The translations under genes and the position numbers were made by a program. Positions 30,642 through 39,974 of a stretch of 64,000 bases of DNA are shown piece after piece. The DNA comes from Candidatus Anderseniibacteriota bacterium (GTDB lineage Bacteria; Patescibacteriota; Andersenbacteria; UBA10190), in assembly GCA_016197005.1 (NCBI GenBank), contig JACPWO010000002.1:210178-274177 (forward strand), given 5' to 3'. The notes under the pieces were generated by a model. The model was not told the DNA's origin and ran no database searches. It saw nothing but the letters and a program-made list of their open reading frames with translations. Position 1 is the stretch's first letter; every line of letters starts with the position of its first letter.

Positions 30642-31643
30642 ATGAATCAGGAGGAATTTCAGCATGATGTGGTAGCCATCGGCGACTCAACCCAGGATAT
30701 TTTCTTGGGAATGTCTGATGCTAATGTCTTATGTGATATCGATCAGAAAAACTGCAAAATTTGTTTTGATTATGCCGATAAGATTGCAGTAGATAAAAAA
30801 ACTGATGTACCAGCTGTAGGAAATGCGGCTAATCATGCTATTGGTGTCGCTCGCCTTGGTTTGAGGTCAGCTATTTACACGGTTGTAGGTGATGATGATC
30901 AGGGAAAGAAGACTAAAAGTGTCTTTGAGGAGAACGGCGTTGTGACAGACTACATGGCGTTTGATCCGAAGCATGGCACAAACCTTTCTATTGTTATTAA
31001 CTATCGTTCTGAACGCACTATTTTTGTCTATCACGAGCCTCGCGCCTATGATTTGCCTGCTCTCAAGCCAACTCAATGGATTTATCTCACCTCAGCGTCA
31101 GGTGAAGGGGTGAACGAGCTCCATCAGCAGACACTCGATTTTTTGCGGAAGAACCCAAATGTGAAGCTAGCCTTTAATCCTGGTACCCACCAGATACATT
31201 TAGGTAAGGAAAAACTGCTACCGCTTCTAGAGCGATGTGACATGCTATTCCTGAATCGAGAAGAGAGTGCGGAGATACTTGAAGCAAAAACACTCGACGT
31301 ACGCGAACTTATGAACGTCTATCACGGAATTGGGGCAAAAACGATGGTGATGACAGACGGACCGAAAGGATCGTATGTATCTGATGGTAAAACAATCTGG
31401 TATGCCAAGATTTTTGATGGCCCGGTTATTGAACGCACTGGTGCCGGTGACAGTTTTGGTTCCGCGTTCTTGTCAGCGACCATCAAGGGAAAACCAATTC
31501 CGGAAGCCATGATGTGGGGGAATGCAAATTCTACTTCGGTAGTGCAGTTTATTGGCGCTCGAGAAGGCTTGCTGACTGAAGAAGCAGTCGCGAAAATGAT
31601 AGAAGAGAATTCATCCATAACAGCAGAAGTCTATGCCGGTTAA
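30642..31643 (+). CDS. PfkB-family carbohydrate kinase (candidate phosphofructokinase or ribokinase-like)
   Basis: TGAGDSFGSAFL motif; embedded in glycolytic operon. Confidence 0.75.
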   Translation: MNQEEFQHDVVAIGDSTQDIFLGMSDANVLCDIDQKNCKICFDYADKIAVDKKTDVPAVGNAANHAIGVARLGLRSAIYTVVGDDDQGKKTKSVFEENGVVTDYMAFDPKHGTNLSIVINYRSERTIFVYHEPRAYDLPALKPTQWIYLTSASGEGVNELHQQTLDFLRKNPNVKLAFNPGTHQIHLGKEKLLPLLERCDMLFLNREESAEILEAKTLDVRELMNVYHGIGAKTMVMTDGPKGSYVSDGKTIWYAKIFDGPVIERTGAGDSFGSAFLSATIKGKPIPEAMMWGNANSTSVVQFIGAREGLLTEEAVAKMIEENSSITAEVYAG

Positions 31644-32637
31644 ACTCGCAATCAATGGTTTTGGTCGGATTGGTCGGGCAGCGTTTAAAATTGCCTTGGC
31701 TAATCCAGAAGTAGAAGTTGTTGCTATTAATGATCTCGGAGATTTAACAAATCTTGCCTATCTTCTTAAATTTGATAGTGCCTATGGAAGATATTCTCAT
31801 GATGTACGGGCCGAAGAAGGCAAGTTAGTCGTAGGAGAGAAGATCATCCAAGTGTTTCAAGAAAAAGAGCCGGCGAAGTTGCCATGGAAAGATCTTGGTG
31901 TTGATGTCGTCATTGAATCCACTGGATTCTTTACGGAAGAAGAGGGAGCGCGCGGACATATTACCGCCGGTGCAAAGCGAGTCATCATTTCTGCTCCAAC
32001 TAAGAGCGAAAGTCTACCGACAGTGGTGCTCGGAGTTAACAATAAAGATCTTGAGGGTAAAGAGATAATTTCCAATGCTTCCTGTACAACGAACTGTTCT
32101 GCCCCAGTTATGGCAGTACTGAACGACGTGTTTGGCGTAAAAAAAGCTCTTCTTACAACTGCGCATGCGTACACTGCAACACAAAGTCTAGTTGATGGCC
32201 CGGGTAAAAAAGATGATTTTCGGCGTGGACGTGCTGCCGCTATTAATATGGTACCAGCCGAAACTGGTGCCGCTATTGCTGCAACCAAAACGATTCCGGA
32301 GCTCGAAGGAAAGTTTGATGGTGTCTCGATTCGCGTACCAGTGCCTGTCGTTTCAATTTCGGACATTACAGCGGTACTTAAAAAAGATGTGACAGCGGAG
32401 GAAATTAACAACGCGTTTATTGAAGCTTCAGAGCAAGATAATTATCGGGGTATTTTGACAGTCACAAACGAGCCGGCAGTTTCAACTGATTTTATTGGCG
32501 ATCCACACTCCGCGATTGTTGATTTGGAAATGACAAGAGTAGTGGATGGTGACCTCGTGAAAGTAATGGCTTGGTATGACAACGAGTGGGGATATTCGAA
32601 TAGGCTGATAGAGCAAGTAGTGAAAATTGGAAAATAG
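31633..32637 (+). CDS. gap: glyceraldehyde-3-phosphate dehydrogenase
   Basis: INGFGRIGR, ASCTTNC motifs. Confidence 0.95.
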   Translation: MPVKLAINGFGRIGRAAFKIALANPEVEVVAINDLGDLTNLAYLLKFDSAYGRYSHDVRAEEGKLVVGEKIIQVFQEKEPAKLPWKDLGVDVVIESTGFFTEEEGARGHITAGAKRVIISAPTKSESLPTVVLGVNNKDLEGKEIISNASCTTNCSAPVMAVLNDVFGVKKALLTTAHAYTATQSLVDGPGKKDDFRRGRAAAINMVPAETGAAIAATKTIPELEGKFDGVSIRVPVPVVSISDITAVLKKDVTAEEINNAFIEASEQDNYRGILTVTNEPAVSTDFIGDPHSAIVDLEMTRVVDGDLVKVMAWYDNEWGYSNRLIEQVVKIGK

Positions 32638-32805
32638 ACAATCTAAATTAGATCTGGTCGAGTACTAAATAACATTACTAGTGCTCTTCTTTTCGTTTTT
32701 TGCATTAATTTATCATTTATAAAGAAAGAAAAAGCGTTCCGCGACGTAGAAACCAGAAGCTCTAGTAATTAGTCAAACACACAGGATAACCGTTACTATA
32801 CGTAG

Positions 32806-33981
32806 ATGAGACGTCTTCGGACAATGGATGATATTCCCCTCGATGGAAAACGAGTACTTGTGCGGGCTGACTTCAACGTAAGTTCAGGCCCAGACGGAAA
32901 GATTCACGATGATGAAGATTATCGGCTGGAAGCAGCTATCGAGACTATCCAAGAACTTCGCCGTCGTCGCTGTAAAGTTATAATTCTTCCTCGACGAGGT
33001 CGACCAGAAGAAGATCCAGAGGGAGCAGATATTACCCCAGTGTGGCACCGACTGCAGGATTTACTTCGAGAAGATATTCAACTTATTCATCATTTATATG
33101 GTGAACCAGTCGAAGCAGCCGTCCAAGGAATGGAACAGGGAAGTATGCTTATGCTTTCCAATGTTCGGGAAGATCCTCGTGAGAAAAAAGAGAATAAGAA
33201 ATTTGCCGAGCAACTAGCGGCCGTTGCGGATGTATACGTGAGTGAATCTTTCAGTGAAGTACACCGCGCTCGAACATCTTTGTCTCTCGTCCCGACGCTT
33301 CTACCAAGTTGCGCTGGCCGAAGAACAGTTCTGGAAGTAGAAATGTTATCTCGTCTCTCGGCTAATGCTAAACGACCATATGTGGCTATTGTCAGTGGCT
33401 CAAAGGTTACTACCAAGGTTGCACTGCTGCAGCGTCTACTCACCCAAGTAGATACCCTTTGTCTTGGTGGTAAAATTGCCAACGTATTTTTGGCAGCCAG
33501 TGGACATTGGAAGGATGGGAATGACCAAGCCGAAATTGAGGCAGCAAAACAGATCATGCAAGAAGCTGGCCCAAAGTTGCTGTTACCAATTGACGTAATC
33601 ATCGGTAACGATGATGGAACGGATGTACGGGAGGTAAGTATTCAAGAAATACCAGAAGGAACAAAAGCTATCTGGGATATTGGTCATAAGTCAACCCAAG
33701 GAATCATTAAAGTATGTGAAACTGCGCAAACTATTATGTGGAATGGGCCGGTAGGACGCTTTGAAGTAGACGCATATGGTCTGGCTACTAAAGCTATTTC
33801 TCAAGCACTGGCTGAACTTTCTTCGTATCGTTTAGTTGGTGGCGGAGATACGGTCAATGCTCTTGAAAAATATCGGCTCACAAAGAAGTACGACCACGTG
33901 TCAGTTGGCGGAGGAGCAATGGTGGCGTTCCTAGAAGGTAAAGTAATGCCAGGGTTAGAACCCTTGTACACCGATGGCTAA
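32806..33981 (+). CDS. pgk: phosphoglycerate kinase
   Basis: VLVRADFNV N-terminal motif, 391 aa. Confidence 0.92.
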   Translation: MRRLRTMDDIPLDGKRVLVRADFNVSSGPDGKIHDDEDYRLEAAIETIQELRRRRCKVIILPRRGRPEEDPEGADITPVWHRLQDLLREDIQLIHHLYGEPVEAAVQGMEQGSMLMLSNVREDPREKKENKKFAEQLAAVADVYVSESFSEVHRARTSLSLVPTLLPSCAGRRTVLEVEMLSRLSANAKRPYVAIVSGSKVTTKVALLQRLLTQVDTLCLGGKIANVFLAASGHWKDGNDQAEIEAAKQIMQEAGPKLLLPIDVIIGNDDGTDVREVSIQEIPEGTKAIWDIGHKSTQGIIKVCETAQTIMWNGPVGRFEVDAYGLATKAISQALAELSSYRLVGGGDTVNALEKYRLTKKYDHVSVGGGAMVAFLEGKVMPGLEPLYTDG

Positions 33982-35317
33982 GATTGAACAAATCACGGCG
34001 CAAGAAGTGCTCGATTCTCGGGGAATTCCTACTGTCCGAGCCACTGTTGTCGTGACAGGTGGATATTTAGGAACAGCAACTGTGCCATCAGGAGCCTCGA
34101 CTGGCTCGCACGAGGCTCATGAATTACGTGATGGAGATGAAAAACGGTATGGCGGAAAAGGGGTGCAGCAAGCTGTAAAAAACGTAACGACAAGTATTCA
34201 CGCTGCTCTTATTGGAAAAGATACCGGTAATCAAGCCAAGATTGATCGCACCATGATTGAACTTGACGGCACTCCTCAAAAAACAAAACTCGGAGCCAAC
34301 GCCATTCTCGCTGTTTCGCTGGCATGTGCTCGAGCGGAAGCGGCTGCTCAGAACTTGCCTTTGTACTTGTACCTTCAAGAATTACTTCCCAACCAAAAAG
34401 CAGTGCTGCCGGTACCACAGATGAACCTCATAAACGGTGGTACTCATGCCAGTAATGGTATTTCCATTCAGGAATACCACGTCGTACCGGCGGGTGCTTC
34501 CAGTTTTGCCGAAGCGCTGCGAATGGGAACAGAAGTAAGCTATGCTCTAAAAACTCTTTTACTAAAGGATGGTTTTCGAGTTGAGGTTGGAGACGAAGGT
34601 GGTTTTGCACCAGCAATTAGCAAAAGTGATGACGCCTTTAATTACTTAGTACGAGCAATTGAAGAGGCCGGATACATTCCCGGGTCTGACATCTGGCTTG
34701 GAATAGATGCGGCGGCATCAGAATTTTATGACAGTGAACAACATATCTATACCCTTGATGGTGGTCCGCTTGCTCCTGCTGATTTAGCGGCGCGCTACCG
34801 AGATTGGCGAGAACGATATCCCCTTATTTCTGTAGAAGATCCGTTTGCCGAGGATCGCTGGGATGAGTGGCAAGTGTTTACGGAGAAACATAAAGAAGTA
34901 ATGCAGATTGTTGGGGATGATTTGTTTGTCACAAATACCCAGCGCATTCAAGAAGGAATTGTGCGGGGGGTTGCTAATGCTGTTCTTATTAAGCCAAATC
35001 AGATTGGTACGTTATCGGAAACATTGCAGGCAGTGGCATTAACACAACGGGCTGAATATAACGTCATTATTTCGCATCGCTCCGGTGAAACCGAAGATAC
35101 CTTTATTGCTGACTTGTCGGTAGCTGTCGGAGCCGGTCAAATTAAAACTGGCGCCCCCGTGCGTTCAGAGCGAACAGGCAAATACAATCGGTTACTAGAG
35201 ATAGAAGCTCAGATGCAAGGCATAAAGCTCGGACATAGCCTGCAACGCTTCCTCGAGCGGCAAACGTCACATTTTGCGGCTGCTGGAATTGAAATTGAGC
35301 GTCGTCCCGCTCGATGA
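33974..35317 (+). CDS. eno: enolase
   Basis: SHRSGETED, LLIKPNQIGT motifs. Confidence 0.95.
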   Translation: MAKIEQITAQEVLDSRGIPTVRATVVVTGGYLGTATVPSGASTGSHEAHELRDGDEKRYGGKGVQQAVKNVTTSIHAALIGKDTGNQAKIDRTMIELDGTPQKTKLGANAILAVSLACARAEAAAQNLPLYLYLQELLPNQKAVLPVPQMNLINGGTHASNGISIQEYHVVPAGASSFAEALRMGTEVSYALKTLLLKDGFRVEVGDEGGFAPAISKSDDAFNYLVRAIEEAGYIPGSDIWLGIDAAASEFYDSEQHIYTLDGGPLAPADLAARYRDWRERYPLISVEDPFAEDRWDEWQVFTEKHKEVMQIVGDDLFVTNTQRIQEGIVRGVANAVLIKPNQIGTLSETLQAVALTQRAEYNVIISHRSGETEDTFIADLSVAVGAGQIKTGAPVRSERTGKYNRLLEIEAQMQGIKLGHSLQRFLERQTSHFAAAGIEIERRPAR

Positions 35318-35342
35318 TAGAATACTAAGCACACATCCTTCT

Positions 35343-35768
35343 ATGACTGATCACGGATCTACTTGGGAGCATCGTCGTACGGAACTTTGGGACCGTATTT
35401 TTCAAGTTACCCAGGACGTCGTAACACTTGCTGAACAAATGACTGAAACGCCTGGGACAAATGTCCTGCGGGGACAACTTGTCCAAGCTGCCATGGATGT
35501 TGGTAAGTTCTTAGCGCGTGCCACGGCCGCTCATGGTGAGGGAGATTTCCAGAGGAATATTGAAGAATCTCGTCTGAAAGCAATTGAATCGGATTACTGG
35601 CTGCGACTGGCATATATTGTGCAGCAACGTGAGGAAGTACAGCGTGATCTCTCAAGTGTAATCTCTCAGTACGGTAGTATTGTTGATTTACTTAATAAAC
35701 TGGGCCGTCACGTCCAAGACACTCATGACGTCGGCCTGCACACTCGCGGCCCGAAAGTGAATTTGTAA
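35343..35768 (+). CDS. four-helix-bundle protein (23S rRNA IVS-type family)
   Basis: ORF 35274..35768 trimmed to MTDHGS; helical, family-like pattern. Confidence 0.6.
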   Translation: MTDHGSTWEHRRTELWDRIFQVTQDVVTLAEQMTETPGTNVLRGQLVQAAMDVGKFLARATAAHGEGDFQRNIEESRLKAIESDYWLRLAYIVQQREEVQRDLSSVISQYGSIVDLLNKLGRHVQDTHDVGLHTRGPKVNL

Positions 35769-37453
35769 TGAAGCGTACGTGGAAGGTCACCGGTGATACC
35801 ACTCCGATTGAAGAGTTGGTGGCGCTGCAACTACAGTTGTGCCGACTCCGAAATATTGATGAAGCAGGAAGTGACCTTTTTTTTGCGCCCAACTACGACT
35901 CTATCATTCATAATCCTCATGAGTTGACGGATATGAGTGAAGCAGTGGAACGAATCACTTCTGCTGTGAAAAAGGGAGAACATATTCTCGTGTGGGGAGA
36001 TTACGACGCCGATGGAGTATCGGCCACTGCAGTATTAACGGAAGCGCTCATAGCAGTCGGTGCTGCCGTTGCTCCGTACCTTCCGCATCGTACCGATGAA
36101 GGGTACGGTCTCAATTTAAAGACACTTAAGACATTGGCTGGTGGATTTGATCTTCTTATAACCGTTGACTGTGGTATTGGGAACTTGGAAGAAATTAACT
36201 GGCTCAAAAGTCAGGGGAAGGATGTTATTGTGGTTGACCACCACGAAATTCCAAAGGAGCTTCCTCCCGCCCGGGCCATTCTGCATCCGCGGCATCCCGC
36301 GGGCAACTACCCCTGGCCACACCTATGTGGTGCGGGCGTAGCCTGGAAACTCTCGCAGGCTCTCTTTCGCCACGAGCCACTGGGCCCACGATCACAGGAT
36401 GATGAAAAATGGTTGCTCGATCTTCCTTTACTTGGAACCCTTGGGGACGTTATGCCGCTCATGGGGGAGAATCGTGGCATTGTTCGGTTTGGTCTTGAGG
36501 TATTGCGGCGGACAAGACGTCCTGGTCTGCGTGCGCTCATGGAAGCAACTCGAGTAGAGCGACAAACGATCACTGCTCGGCAGGTTGTCTTCCGCCTCGT
36601 TCCTCTTATTAACGCAGCGGGTCGAATGGATCACCCGCAAGCGGCACTTGATGTCCTGCTCGCTAAAACAATGGAGCAAGGACAGCTAAAGGCGCAGATA
36701 CTAATGCAATTAAATGCACAACGACGCATCCTGACACGAAAAATATTAAAAGAAGCGGAAGAAAAAGTAGATCCGGCCTTGCCAGTTGTTTTTGCGTTTG
36801 ATAAACGCTGGGCACCAGGAGTTGTCGGTATTGTGGCTGGGCAGCTCGCGCAAAAACATGGCAAGCCCGCGTTAGTTATTGGCAGCAATGGTCGCGAAGC
36901 AGTGGGTTCTGCTCGTACCGCCGCTGGTATTGATATTCACGCTGTTTTGCAGCAGGCAGCAAAACACACCATAAAGTTAGGTGGGCATAAACAGGCAGCT
37001 GGCTTTTCCTTGGCTGAAGGAAGTATTGTCGATTTTCGTGACGCTGTAACTCAAATACTAATGCAGGATTTTGTTGCTGCGAATGATGGAACTTCTTTGT
37101 CGGCTGATGCCATTATTACCCCGCGCCTACTACAATGGGATACACATGCATTGCTTCAGCGATTTGAGCCATTCGGAGAGGGTAATCCAGCTCCCAAATT
37201 TGTTATTCGCAATGTCCCCGTCGTTCGAGTGCGACGAGTCGGGAAAGACCAAAGTCATTTGAAGTTAACTCTCAAAGCAGAAAACCAAGACATTGAAGCA
37301 ATTGGGTTTGGACTGGGGGAAAATGTTGCCGGGTTACCAAAAACAGTAGATGTATTAGGAACACTCAATATTAATACCTTTCGTGGAGTGGGGAATCTGG
37401 AAGTGGCCATGGATGATGTTGCTCCAGCTGGATCTGTTACGATTACGGAATGA
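35768..37453 (+). CDS. recJ: single-stranded-DNA-specific exonuclease RecJ
   Basis: DHH motifs GDYDADGVSAT, VVDHHE; DHHA1 domain. Confidence 0.9.
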   Translation: MKRTWKVTGDTTPIEELVALQLQLCRLRNIDEAGSDLFFAPNYDSIIHNPHELTDMSEAVERITSAVKKGEHILVWGDYDADGVSATAVLTEALIAVGAAVAPYLPHRTDEGYGLNLKTLKTLAGGFDLLITVDCGIGNLEEINWLKSQGKDVIVVDHHEIPKELPPARAILHPRHPAGNYPWPHLCGAGVAWKLSQALFRHEPLGPRSQDDEKWLLDLPLLGTLGDVMPLMGENRGIVRFGLEVLRRTRRPGLRALMEATRVERQTITARQVVFRLVPLINAAGRMDHPQAALDVLLAKTMEQGQLKAQILMQLNAQRRILTRKILKEAEEKVDPALPVVFAFDKRWAPGVVGIVAGQLAQKHGKPALVIGSNGREAVGSARTAAGIDIHAVLQQAAKHTIKLGGHKQAAGFSLAEGSIVDFRDAVTQILMQDFVAANDGTSLSADAIITPRLLQWDTHALLQRFEPFGEGNPAPKFVIRNVPVVRVRRVGKDQSHLKLTLKAENQDIEAIGFGLGENVAGLPKTVDVLGTLNINTFRGVGNLEVAMDDVAPAGSVTITE

Positions 37454-37854
37454 AGGCGAAGCTTTTTACTGATGGAGGGGCTCGTGGTAACCCCGGCCCG
37501 GCGGGAATTGGGTATGTTTTGGATATTGAAGGAAAAGACGCACTTGAACGTGGTGAATATATTGGCGAGACAACAAATAACCAGGCAGAGTATAAAGCTC
37601 TTATTGCTGGTCTTACTTTAGCTCAGTCCGAAGAAGTTTCAGAACTTCATTGTTTTCTAGATAGCGAGCTGGTGGTGAAACAAATGAATGGGCAGTATCG
37701 GGTAAAGCACGTAGACATGAAGCCGCTCCATAAGGAAGCAAAAAGAATCGCCGCTGACTTTACTAAAATTACATTTGCTCATGTTCTCAGGAGTAAAAAT
37801 GAGAAAGCAGATTTTCTGGTAAATAAAGCGATTGACGCAGCAATAGGAAAATAA
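37450..37854 (+). CDS. rnhA: ribonuclease HI
   Basis: FTDGGARGNPGPAGIG ... NNQAEYKALIAG. Confidence 0.88.
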   Translation: MKAKLFTDGGARGNPGPAGIGYVLDIEGKDALERGEYIGETTNNQAEYKALIAGLTLAQSEEVSELHCFLDSELVVKQMNGQYRVKHVDMKPLHKEAKRIAADFTKITFAHVLRSKNEKADFLVNKAIDAAIGK

Positions 37855-37881
37855 AAAATCACCCGGGTGGGTGATCTTTTA
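37855..37881. terminator. bidirectional terminator shared by rnhA (+) and RNase P RNA (-)
   Basis: AUCACCC-GGGU-GGGUGAU hairpin; U-tracts on both strands. Confidence 0.65.
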
Positions 37882-37883
37882 AG

Positions 37884-38306
37884 TGCGAAGATAAGCTATA
37901 AGCCGGATTCTGTCAGGGATGATCATCTATCTAGGCGTACTGTCGCCAGTAAGCTCATGCTCTCTACCTGCTTTGTTCGTTTGAACAAAGCTGCTTGAGA
38001 TTGCATCAGGTGGGGTTTGCCCGCTCCACTTGTTACCAAGCAGGGCCGTGGTCTCTTACACCACAATTTCACCTTTACCTTAGATCGCGCCGCGACCACA
38101 CGGGGATTACCCGTAAAAATCACATGAAGATCGTAAGGAAGTTTGTTTCTGTTGCACTCTTCGCTCCGTATATACGGAGTCCCTCAGCTTACGCTGGGCA
38201 GGAGTTAGCTGCCACCTTTTTCTGTTGTAAAACAACGTTGGATGTCCGGACTTTCCTCTATGTCTCATCTTGCGACGAGCCACAGCAATCATCCACTTAT
38301 CTTCGC
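37884..38306 (-). ncRNA. rnpB: RNase P RNA, bacterial type A (M1 RNA)
   Basis: Minus-strand reads GAGGAAAGUCCGGAC (P4), GGUGAAAUUGUGGUGUAAGAGACCACGG, ACAGAAUCCGGCUUAU; 12-bp P1 helix pairs the two ends; no credible ORF. Confidence 0.85.
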
Positions 38307-38311
38307 ATCGC

Positions 38312-38340
38312 AAATATACGCACATTGAAAGCATTTGTCA
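38312..38340 (-). promoter_or_regulatory. rnpB promoter (TTGACA-17-TATATT on minus strand)
   Basis: Consensus hexamers; -10 lies 6 nt upstream of the inferred mature 5' end. Confidence 0.6.
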
Positions 38341-38352
38341 ACCGCCGTATAC
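38324..38352 (+). promoter_or_regulatory. promoter for polysaccharide cluster (TTGAAA-17-TATACT), back-to-back with rnpB promoter
   Basis: Sequence match about 80 nt upstream of 38431 start. Confidence 0.5.
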
Positions 38353-38430
38353 TCAGCGAAGATGCCAAATTGTATTGACATTTCTGCGTTTACCCGCTAT
38401 TCCTTACCCGTTACCCATTACCTTTAAACT

Positions 38431-39852
38431 ATGAAACGCTCGGAACTTTTCTTTGGAGCGATGCTTGTACCCGTCGATTATTTTGCGCTGCTCGTGGCCG
38501 GAGCAGGTGCATATTTTTTGCGTGTTAGCGGCCCAGCTCAGGAGCTGCGTCCAGTAGCATTCGCGCTTGATCTACCGTTGACAGAATACATGCAACTCGT
38601 GGCAATTGTATCCGCTGCCATTATTGGCGTGTTTGCCATTCAAGGGCTATATACCTTGCAGGCAACTCGCCGAACGGTTGATGAATTCACCCGTATTTTG
38701 GGTGGTATCACGATCGGCTTCATGTTAGTTATTGGTTACATTTTCTTTAGCGCCGAACTTTTCCAATCTCGTTTCATTGTGCTAGCTGCTTATGCGCTAG
38801 CTATTGTATTCGTGACGTTTGGTCGTATTTTCATAAAACGCACGCAGCAAACATTATTGCGGCGAGGCATGGGCGTACATCGGGTACTGCTGGCTGGTAA
38901 CGGCCAATTTGCTGATGAGCTCATCAACCTTTTTCAACAGCGACCGCAATTAGGATATCGGGTGGTAGGCACGGTTGCTCATGTGGAGTGGGCGATGCTG
39001 GAAGAAGTGTATCGTCGCATGGGCATTGATGAAGTTATACAGACCGACCCGACAATGCCGGCCGACGACAACTTACTGCTGCTCGATTTTTGCGAACAAT
39101 ACAAAATTGATTATCGGTATGTACCAAATCTTTTTGAAACCCACGCCGTAAACGTGCATTATCGACAGCTTGGAACTGTGCCACTACTTGAGCTCTCGCG
39201 TACGCCTTTGGAAGGATGGGGGAGGATCGCCAAGCGCACATTTGATGTGATCGGTTCTTTCATTGGACTTATTGTGTCTTTGCCTATATTACTCATTGCT
39301 TCCTTTGCTATAAAAAGTAACTCAGCCGGCCCGATATTTTACCGACAAGTACGAGTGGGGAGAAACATGAAGCCCTTTGAAATTATCAAATTCCGCAGCA
39401 TGTACTTAAAAGATTGTGTGGGACCTCGGTATGGCGGCCGGCAAGCAGCGGAAAAGTACGAAAAGCTACGGTCAGCCGCGAACGAACGTAGCGGACCACT
39501 GTTTAAGATGCGAAATGATCCACGGATTACCAAGGTAGGGCGATTCCTCCGTCGCTGGCGAGTTGATGAACTTCCTCAGCTCATTAACGTACTCAAAGGA
39601 GAGATGAGTTTGTTTGGACCGCGGCCACACTTGGCAGAAGAAATTGCTCGTTATGATAAATATCAACGGAAGTTATTTACAATAAAGCCAGGAGTATCGG
39701 GTATGGCGCAGGTTGCGGGTAATGCCGGTCTTCCCTTTGATGAAGAGGCCCGGATTGATATCGCCTATATTGAAAGCTGGTCGCTGCGACTTGATTTCAT
39801 TTTGCTTCTCAAGACGCTCAAGATTCTGTTTACGGATAGAAACGCGATATAA
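38431..39852 (+). CDS. polyprenyl-phosphate sugar phosphotransferase (WbaP/WcaJ-like bacterial sugar transferase)
   Basis: N-terminal TM helices; C-terminal domain with KFRSM, PLFKMRNDPRIT, ELPQLINVLKGEMSLFGPRP. Confidence 0.85.
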   Translation: MKRSELFFGAMLVPVDYFALLVAGAGAYFLRVSGPAQELRPVAFALDLPLTEYMQLVAIVSAAIIGVFAIQGLYTLQATRRTVDEFTRILGGITIGFMLVIGYIFFSAELFQSRFIVLAAYALAIVFVTFGRIFIKRTQQTLLRRGMGVHRVLLAGNGQFADELINLFQQRPQLGYRVVGTVAHVEWAMLEEVYRRMGIDEVIQTDPTMPADDNLLLLDFCEQYKIDYRYVPNLFETHAVNVHYRQLGTVPLLELSRTPLEGWGRIAKRTFDVIGSFIGLIVSLPILLIASFAIKSNSAGPIFYRQVRVGRNMKPFEIIKFRSMYLKDCVGPRYGGRQAAEKYEKLRSAANERSGPLFKMRNDPRITKVGRFLRRWRVDELPQLINVLKGEMSLFGPRPHLAEEIARYDKYQRKLFTIKPGVSGMAQVAGNAGLPFDEEARIDIAYIESWSLRLDFILLLKTLKILFTDRNAI

Positions 39853-39974
39853 AAAGCTCAGTTTTCTGTCGTCGGAACAGAAAACTGCGTAGTGAGGTGG
39901 ACAAGTTACATAACTTGTTTCCACTAAGAATTAGGAAAGAGTCTAAACCGTAGACAGGACAGTAAATCAAGGAG

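Noticed and set aside
31857-32411. 184-aa minus ORF inside gap and 170-aa minus ORF 33090..33602 inside pgk
   Set aside because: Antisense shadow ORFs within conserved glycolytic genes.
37995-38378. 127-aa plus ORF and overlapping minus ORFs 38107..38334 and 37923..38123
   Set aside because: They overlap the RNase P RNA gene and its promoters. RNA signature motifs explain the region.
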